A DNA stretch of 64,000 nt, taken from contig NW_021836310.1 in the NCBI RefSeq assembly GCF_006345805.1, positions 1 through 64,000 on the forward strand. Direction: 5' to 3'. Position 1 is the stretch's first letter. Each line of letters opens with the position of its first letter. The notes under the pieces are model-generated. The model did not search any database. It saw only the letters and a list, made by a program, of their open reading frames with translations, and had not been told where the DNA came from. The translations under genes were made by a program, and so were the position numbers. Below, one piece after another: positions 56,526 through 64,000 of the stretch. This DNA is from Octopus sinensis (taxonomy: Eukaryota).

Positions 56526-58736
56526 CACTGTGCAACAAATTTCAGGTTCAAAAAAAGTACAAGTTAAGTAAGACTTGTTTCTAGGTCAAAAAATTGTCCT
56601 GATTCTGATTCTGACCTTTATTTCTCCAGATTAGGCACCGTTTTCCTGTACCATGAACCATATGTTTTATAATATACTGCATAATATTGCGTATTGAATA
56701 CAACATTGCAAATACTAAAAGTTACAGAAAACAAAACCAAAAATTTAGTTGCTATAACAAAACATATATCGGCTATGAATTAAAAACACACCTGTCAGTT
56801 TTGTCCTTCTAAGCCTCTTGTGCGGAGTGTGATCTGTTTTTTATACCCCAGCAGTAGTCTGCCAACATGCCAAGGTTCCATTTTCCTTTGAATCGTTGCT
56901 CCATCACTGAAATATCCTGATGGAATCTTTCATCATGTTCATCACTCATATCACCAAGATTTTCCCTCAAAAAAATCCAAATGAGAGTGAAGCACATGGA
57001 CTTTTAGAGACATGTTACATCCCATATCATGATAATGACTTAGCAGATGATTCACAACTTGCACATAGTCTTTTGAACGATGGTTGCCCAGGAGGTTATC
57101 GCAAACTTTCTTGAATGACTCAAAGGCAAGCTTCTCTTTTCTCTTGAGATGTGTGATGAAGGTTTCATCAAGTAGAATTTTTCGAATTTGGGGACCTATG
57201 AAGAAACCTTCTTTAATTTTAGCTTGACTCAGGTAAGGGAACTTTTCTGCAAGATATGCAAATGCGAAGGATTCTTTGTCCAAGGCTTTCACAAATTGCT
57301 TAAACAAACCAAGTTTAATATGCAAAGGTGGTTTTAAAAATTCTATCACTTTTCACAAATGGTTTGTGCATGATGTGTTTTCCTTGCTCAATTTCGTCTC
57401 GGATCGCCCAATCCTTGTATACATAATGTTCAGCTTTTGCTCTGGAATTCCATAAGCACAGGAAGCAGGAAAATTTAGAATAGCCAAGCTGAAGGCCAGT
57501 AAGCATGGCTACCACCTTAAAATCTGTACAAATATGCCAGGTATGGTCATCATATCGTATGCTTGTTAGAATTGCTTTCAGATTTTCATATGATTCTTTC
57601 ATGGTTGTGCTATAAGCTATGCGAACAGAAGGCAGAGTGTTACCATTGTGTAGCAGAACAGCTTTGATGCTGTCCTTGGATGCATCTATGAAAAGTCGCC
57701 AGTTGGTTTTATCCTATGGTATTTCCAGTTGCTCAAAATGTTCAGTGATGTCATTACAAAAGCATAAGTCATTCTTCATGGGGAATAATGCCAGCAGATC
57801 CTCTGTACGTTTTCTGTACAGTGTTATCTTCACTCCCTTCTCAAGAAGATTACGTTCTTGAAGCCTTGATGACAGAAACTCACTTTTCTCTTTGGTTAAA
57901 TAGAGATCCCTGCACAAGTCATTTAGAGCCTCTTGAGAAAATGGTATTGGTTTATTCTTGCTTTCTGGATCATTGGGCTCCACACATTCACCACTGGAAT
58001 GTTCATCAGCACTGCTGGAACTCTGCATTTCTTGATCTGGAGATTTAGGCACAGGTAAATTTTCTCAGTGCTCTACAGGGCGCATTGCTGATTGCAAATT
58101 TGGGTAAACAATGTGTTTCTTTTTCTTTGCTGTAGTACAGCCTGTAAAGTCATGGTGACAGAAATAGCAATCATTAGAGTGATTTTTCTGCTCACGCCAA
58201 ATCACTAGCACACCAAACTTCATGTGAACATTTTTTTCCTACATATCAGGCACTCAATGTCTTCGCACATGTAAGGCAACACACATGAGGAGCCCATGAC
58301 TTATCCTGGTCTCCTAGGTAACAATCGAAGTACGCCTTGTAAATTTTCTTGATATGGCGTGTAATACGGCGCTTTTCTTTAGCAAAAGTCAATTCCCTAC
58401 AGATATAACAGAATCTCTTTGCATCATTTTTGCACTGTCTTGCACTCATTGTTGAAAACAAATAAGATTTGAAAGATAAAAAAATAACATTAAAACACAA
58501 GCTTTGAATCACATTGTAGGTGTTACTAAGATTGGTCTCTAGCCCTGGGTTGAAACCCATTTTACAATGCGGTAGAGAATTTTATTTAATAATAATGACA
58601 AAAAGAATATGCAGTGACAATTCTGTAGAAGCCATGCCTAATTCAACAAAAAGAAGGCCAGAAATGGATTTCCCATGTCATTTTGCATATAAAAATAGCC
58701 ACAGATCTCTTGTACTTTTTTGAGTGTTGCACAGTG
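56526..58736 (-). mobile_element. Chapaev3-type (CMC) DNA transposon, 2211 bp, transposase pseudogene
   Basis: TIR CACTGTGCAACA plus inner aaaaaagtacaag at both ends; 3-bp TSD TTT; motifs FCYIC...WAPHVCCLTC, LHIKLGLFKQFVKAL, MSLKVHVLHSHLDFF, SDEHDERFHQDI. Confidence 0.88.
56809..58449 (-). pseudogene. Frameshifted Chapaev3 transposase (ORF-track pieces 58246-58560, 57714-58052, 57315-57602, 56951-57349, 56809-56997)
   Basis: Colinear motif order across five frames starting MSARQCKNDAKRFCYIC. Confidence 0.85.
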
Positions 58737-60343
58737 TTTTCATTCAAATCGTGTGATACCCATTTGTCGAGATTTTTTGATTTTCCGATCGCATGTAAAT
58801 GGTTGCAGGCAGTTTTCTGGCTAATTTGAAGTTCTTTTGCCAGTTCTCGAGTGGTTTTACGTGGATCTTTCTCAATGACGGTCTTTAATTGACTGTCATC
58901 GATGACAGATGGGCGTCCACTACGCTCACGATCTTCAAGGCTCAGGGCTCCACTGCGAAATCATTTAAGCCATTTTCTAGCTGACCACTCACTGGTCATC
59001 TCCTCACTAAATGTTTCGTTGATATCGCGAGCAGTTTCAGCTGCTTTACGTCCTATTTTTGAAGTCGAATAGCAAAATTGCTCGAATATCGCATTTTGAC
59101 AGTTCCATTTCAGATGATTGTAACAAGTCTTTGTCTATATTATCAGACAATTTCTTAAAAATGTTTTTAAAAATTCAAAACTCTGCAAAAATCTGGTACA
59201 AATTCTTCATGGTTCAAAACCTTGCTTACTTTTTACTCACCATGATATATATATATATATATATGCATATGATTGATTGATTCTAGTTTCAGCTCATGAG
59301 CTGTGGCCATGCTGGGGCACCACATATAAATAAATATGTATATTATATATAAAATATATTATACATGTTATATATATTTAAATATATGTATGTGTGTGTG
59401 AGTGTGGAGGTGTGTATAAACATGTGTGTGTGACTATGTTTGTGAGCGAATATGTGTGCGTATATATTTTCTTACATTTTCGTTCTTTGGTTTGCTTTAG
59501 CCATCGCACTTAATGCCATGCTGGAGCACTCACGTATGTTCTTAACATGCAAACATAAAGGCATCTGCAACATTCAGTATATTAATATATTTTAAATATT
59601 CATAGTCATGGGGCAGAGTGAAACCTTGGGGAGAAAAATTTAGCTGCTGGTGTCAAAGATATCTTTCAATTAATAAAAGTCAATGTTAAAGGGAGTATGA
59701 GAGGAAATCCTGGTGATTCCGAATGCGACAAAGTCGGAATCTATATTCTCTTTGATATATAAGTAGTTATGCAACGATTTGGAAAAAGACTAAACCAAGA
59801 TCCACACTGCAACACACAAATCCTATAGATATATATTGATTTAAAATTTTGGGACAAGACCAGACGTTTCAGAGGAAAGGCTAAGTCGAATGCATCAACC
59901 CCAGTGTTTAACTGGTACTTATTTTATCGGCCTCAGAATGTAAAGACGGACGAAATGCCAGTAAGCAACTTTCCCGGCGTGCTAACGATTCTGCCAGAAT
60001 ATATTGATTTAAAAATTTTCTGGCAAGGCCAGCAATTTCAGACGAGGGGTTAAGTCGATCACATCAGTCCCAGTGTTCAGCTGGTACTTATTTTATCGAC
60101 CCCCGAAAGGAAAATAAAAATCCAAATTGCACGGTACATATGTTTCTTAGCTAGATAAAGCTCTAGATGTAACTGTTATGCAAATGAGTTATGCCCAACT
60201 TAGCGAATCATCATGGATGAAACGAAGGTTACATTGTCACTCGGAATTCCTAAATCAACTCCACTTGCGTTGAGTTTAACTACACACACACACACACGCA
60301 CGTATATATATACGTGTATATGTATACGTATATATATATATAT

Positions 60344-60377
<34 letters not shown>

Positions 60378-60984
60378 GGTGGGTGGGGGTGTGTGTTTGT
60401 GTGTGTGTGTGTGTGTTTGTATAAGTATATGTGTATGTGTATGTATGTATGTATGTATATAATAAATATCAGTATCACACACTTAATGTATACGTGTTGT
60501 TAATGCCCCTTTAAAGACGTACAGGTGAAACGGAAACCTCCACGAAAGTGAACAAGAATGACAGATATTGATATTTCACAGTCCTCTCCACCCACCAGTG
60601 TCGCACATTCACCCCGCTTCCGAAACGAGCTAGAATTGCCAGATAGAAGTATATACAACCAGCGTAAAATCTATTTACTGATGTGACAAAACGTTGCACA
60701 AGTAGAACAAAATTCAAATCTTAAGTCTAAAGAAGCTCTGTAATGTAAACATTATTAATGCCATATACTGGGATGGAGGTGGAGCAGTTTTTCGTTTATT
60801 TTGGCAATTTCATGGCAATGTGTTTCTGCAGAAATGTAAACATGATCAATGCCATATACTTAATGAGTGTACATTGTTAAACCCTCGTAGCTGAAGTATC
60901 ATGTCTTGCAGACATAAGTTTAAATGCGTAACACACGGCTCTTTAACGCCACGCTTCGTTTACGCATTCATATACTTTTTTATT

Positions 60985-61372
60985 CTTTTGCTTGTCTCAG
61001 TCATTTGACTGCGGCCATGTTGTAGCATCGCCTGTAGTCGAGCAAATCGACCTCAGGACTTATTCTTTGTAAGCCTAGTACTTATTCTAGCGGACTGTTT
61101 TGCCGAACCACTAAGTTACGTAAACACACCAGCATCGTTTGTCAAGCAATGTTGCGGGGACAGACAGACAGACACACACACACACACACACGCAAACACA
61201 CATACACGCAAACACACACACATACATACACATATATATATATACGACGGGCTTCTTTCAGTTTCCGTCTACCAAATCCACTCACAAGGCTTTGGTGCGC
61301 CCGAGGCTATAGTAGAAGACACTTGCACAAGATGTCATGCAATGGGACTGAACCCGGAACCATGTGGTTGGT
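60985..61372 (-). mobile_element. SINE family A; partial copies also at 23340-23560, 31850-31975, 39884-39970, 41565-41765, 43070-43265
   Basis: Shared tail agtcatttgactgcggccatg and body. Confidence 0.8.
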
Positions 61373-61570
61373 AAGCAAGATACTTACCACACATATCTAT
61401 GTTATTAAACTGTTATGTTAAGAAAGCGGCGTGAATGAATTCGAACTAGGATCCTCAGATCTTGTACCCATCTTCTTTATTTACTCGGCCCTTTCCTCCG
61501 TGCAATGGTAATTGTAATTGTAATAGTTACACTAATAGCAGCAGTGATAGTATTGGTAGTTTTAGTACAA

Positions 61571-61654
<84 letters not shown>

Positions 61655-61756
61655 TTCATTATTATTATTGTTAACAAGGATTGTTATGCTGGTGATGTCA
61701 TTGGTAATGATGTTTGTGATGTCGATTGTCATTGATTAATGACATTAACAGCAATT

Positions 61757-61802
<46 letters not shown>

Positions 61803-63404
61803 CAGCAGCAGCAGCAGAAGCAGCAGCAGTAGTAGTAGTAGTAGTAGTAGTAATAGTGCTGTTGTTGCTGTTGGTGCTTCGTCTTTATTTCGTCGTTTTA
61901 ATAATTTCAACGTTGACCTTGGTGTTCCCTTCTTTCCCTCTACACATTAACTTTGACCTTTGACCTCAATGTAAAAAAGCGCTAAACACATATGTCTATA
62001 TCAGTGACGTAGCTAACGTGTGCTCCTGCCAGGAGCAGCCCTTTAGTTTGCCCCTCCTCCCCTGTACTGGCTTCTACAGCAGACTCAAACGTGCCGCCTC
62101 TATGAATGCATCACCTTTGGTGTACCACCACCTACACTGATGATGAGCAATCAGCGGTATCCATGAATAGATTATTCTATTAATTTCAGTGAACGAACGA
62201 ACGGTGGTGGGTTTGTTTTTGTTTCTTATTAAGGGATTTAGAGGGACAAAACTGCGTCAACGTCGAATTCACCAACCATTCAGGGCCTCTTGATGCCATG
62301 TTTTAGCTAGGAGGGCCCGTGAAAGCCTAAACCCAAAGCAAATGATGAAAAAGATTTTTTTTTAAAAAGGAAAGTACCTTTCTACTGGGTCCGAATAGAA
62401 GCTTCCTCATCAAATTGTATAAAATACAGAACCTTGAATACTGAAACGAAATGAGAACGGAACACTAAGACAACACAATCAATAACTAAAACCATGTTAC
62501 ACATTTTTACATGTGGAACGAAAAAGAAAAAAAAACAGACCATTAAGGAAAAGTTTTACGATAAAACAATGGAAAAAGAAAGTTAAACAGTTCGCCATTT
62601 TGAAAACGAATTTCCTATCCTCAGTCGTGTCCTTTTGCATTTCTTTTTGACTGATCCCTGTGTATTTCTGTCCATTTTTATGTTTTAAATTTCACCGGTG
62701 AAGTTTTAATGTGGCCTTGTAATTCAGTCAGAAGACACAATATTTCTTTTATTTCATTGCATTCACCATTTGCTGTTTCGTTATGCGATGTAATAATATC
62801 TAAAGAAAAATGTTATTGTTGTCTGTCTAACGTGTCACGTGTTACGCAGGCTGATGGCGCTGGTGTTGGTGTTTGAAGAGGGGAGGGTACATATTGAAGA
62901 TGAGATTGTCGTGGCACTTTTTCCTCCTCAAGTTTTGATCTCACTTTTATCTTTTGTTGGTTTTCTTTTAAACATTTTTGTATATTTTATTTGAAGTGCT
63001 GGTGTTATTGAATTGATAGGTTGATTATATTATTTATGGAGACGTCGATATGTGTGTGTATGCATGTACATACTTGTATTCAAACACATATATGTAACAT
63101 ATATTACATATAATCACATACACGCACGTACACACACGCACGCACACATACGCACGTAGACACACACACTTACACACACACACACATGTATATATATATA
63201 CACTTATATGTAGCATACGTACATAGCAATACTTACATATAAATATATATATATACACACACACACATGCATATCTATATACATACACATGCTTATATAT
63301 ATATATATATATATTCATACACATATCCAATCCATAGATACACACAGACACACACACACACACAATTCAGATATAGAATAAATATATTATTTATTGTTTT
63401 CTAG

Positions 63405-63449
63405 GTTTGCCATCACCAATATCGGATACATACGATGAAACTTCTGAAA
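63405..63449 (+). CDS. Predicted cytoplasmic exon (S/G)LPSPISDTYDETSE, phase 1-1
   Basis: Acceptor tttattgttttctag, canonical donor a|gtaagt, 45 nt; DTYD tyrosine motif. Confidence 0.7.
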
Positions 63450-64000
63450 GTAAGTATAGTCAGCAACTTTTCCAGCCATACCAATTGATAACAACTGTTC
63501 TGAACATCGGTGAGATGTGGGAGATTATTTCTTGAAGAAATTGTGAGTCTCATGTCTTGTCTTCAAATTTCTTAGTGATGCAAACTGAAGACTTTAATGA
63601 AATGATTTCCTGTTAGGGACCAGCCTTCATCCCTTTTCTCACTCATTTCTTACATTCTGCAAATATAGAAGCATCCATTGTGTTGCGGAAGCATTATGTT
63701 CATGAAAATATTACCGTAATGTGGATTTCCCTAACGCGAAATGAATTTACCTATTGAAGCCATTGTTTATTCGTTTCTATGTAATACGGAATCGATGGTA
63801 AAATGTGGTTTCTCATCACGTGAGCACACGTTACATTAAGGCTTTCCACAGTGTAATCGTTTCGTAATGCAGAGGTTACCTGTCGATAAGGGCTGTCGTC
63901 TGTGTGGTGTATTTTTTCTATGACAGCTGTATCGAGGAGGTCCAACTTTAGTCCCCCGCTCCACAAAATATATCTGAAAATATTATACGTAATGAAGCCT

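Larger units (their letters stand above)
55799..59245 (-). mobile_element. Decayed mariner (DD34D, Mos1/Hsmar1-like) transposon, about 1.23 kb, split by a nested Chapaev3 insertion
   Basis: TA-flanked TIRs tcaggctgaataaaaagtaagcaacgttttg and the reverse complement of caaaaccttgcttactttttactcaccatga; peptides SLEDRERSGRPS, KWVSHDLNENQKMRRYEIC, IVTCDEKWILYNN, VMVTVWW, LLHDNA; stops and frameshifts. Confidence 0.92.

Noticed and set aside
62002-62140. hAT MITE starting cagtgacgtagcta
   Set aside because: No matching right TIR or 8-bp TSD found.

Overview
AT-rich, microsatellite-saturated eukaryotic DNA whose repeat content (tRNA-derived SINEs, R4/Dong, RTE, CRE and Penelope fragments, mariner/maT, hAT, Chapaev, Helitron) looks like an Octopus genome; the species is inferred from recalled repeat families, not from a search. 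Almost all long ORFs in the supplied track are microsatellite artefacts. Manual splice-site reading reveals an unannotated + strand gene built from tiny exons between 37.7 and 63.4 kb: a Pro/Thr stalk, a transmembrane exon, two tandem paralogous basic juxtamembrane exons, then several symmetric phase-1 exons carrying tyrosine motifs. It continues past the window end, and its ectodomain/5' end is not securely found. The window also holds about 8 hammerhead-ribozyme motifs of the Penelope/retrozyme type (two with intact cores), a Chapaev3-type transposon nested cleanly in a mariner, long foldback hairpins, and a 1.5-kb tandem duplication that may be an assembly artefact. All calls come from reading the sequence by eye; no alignments or database searches were run.
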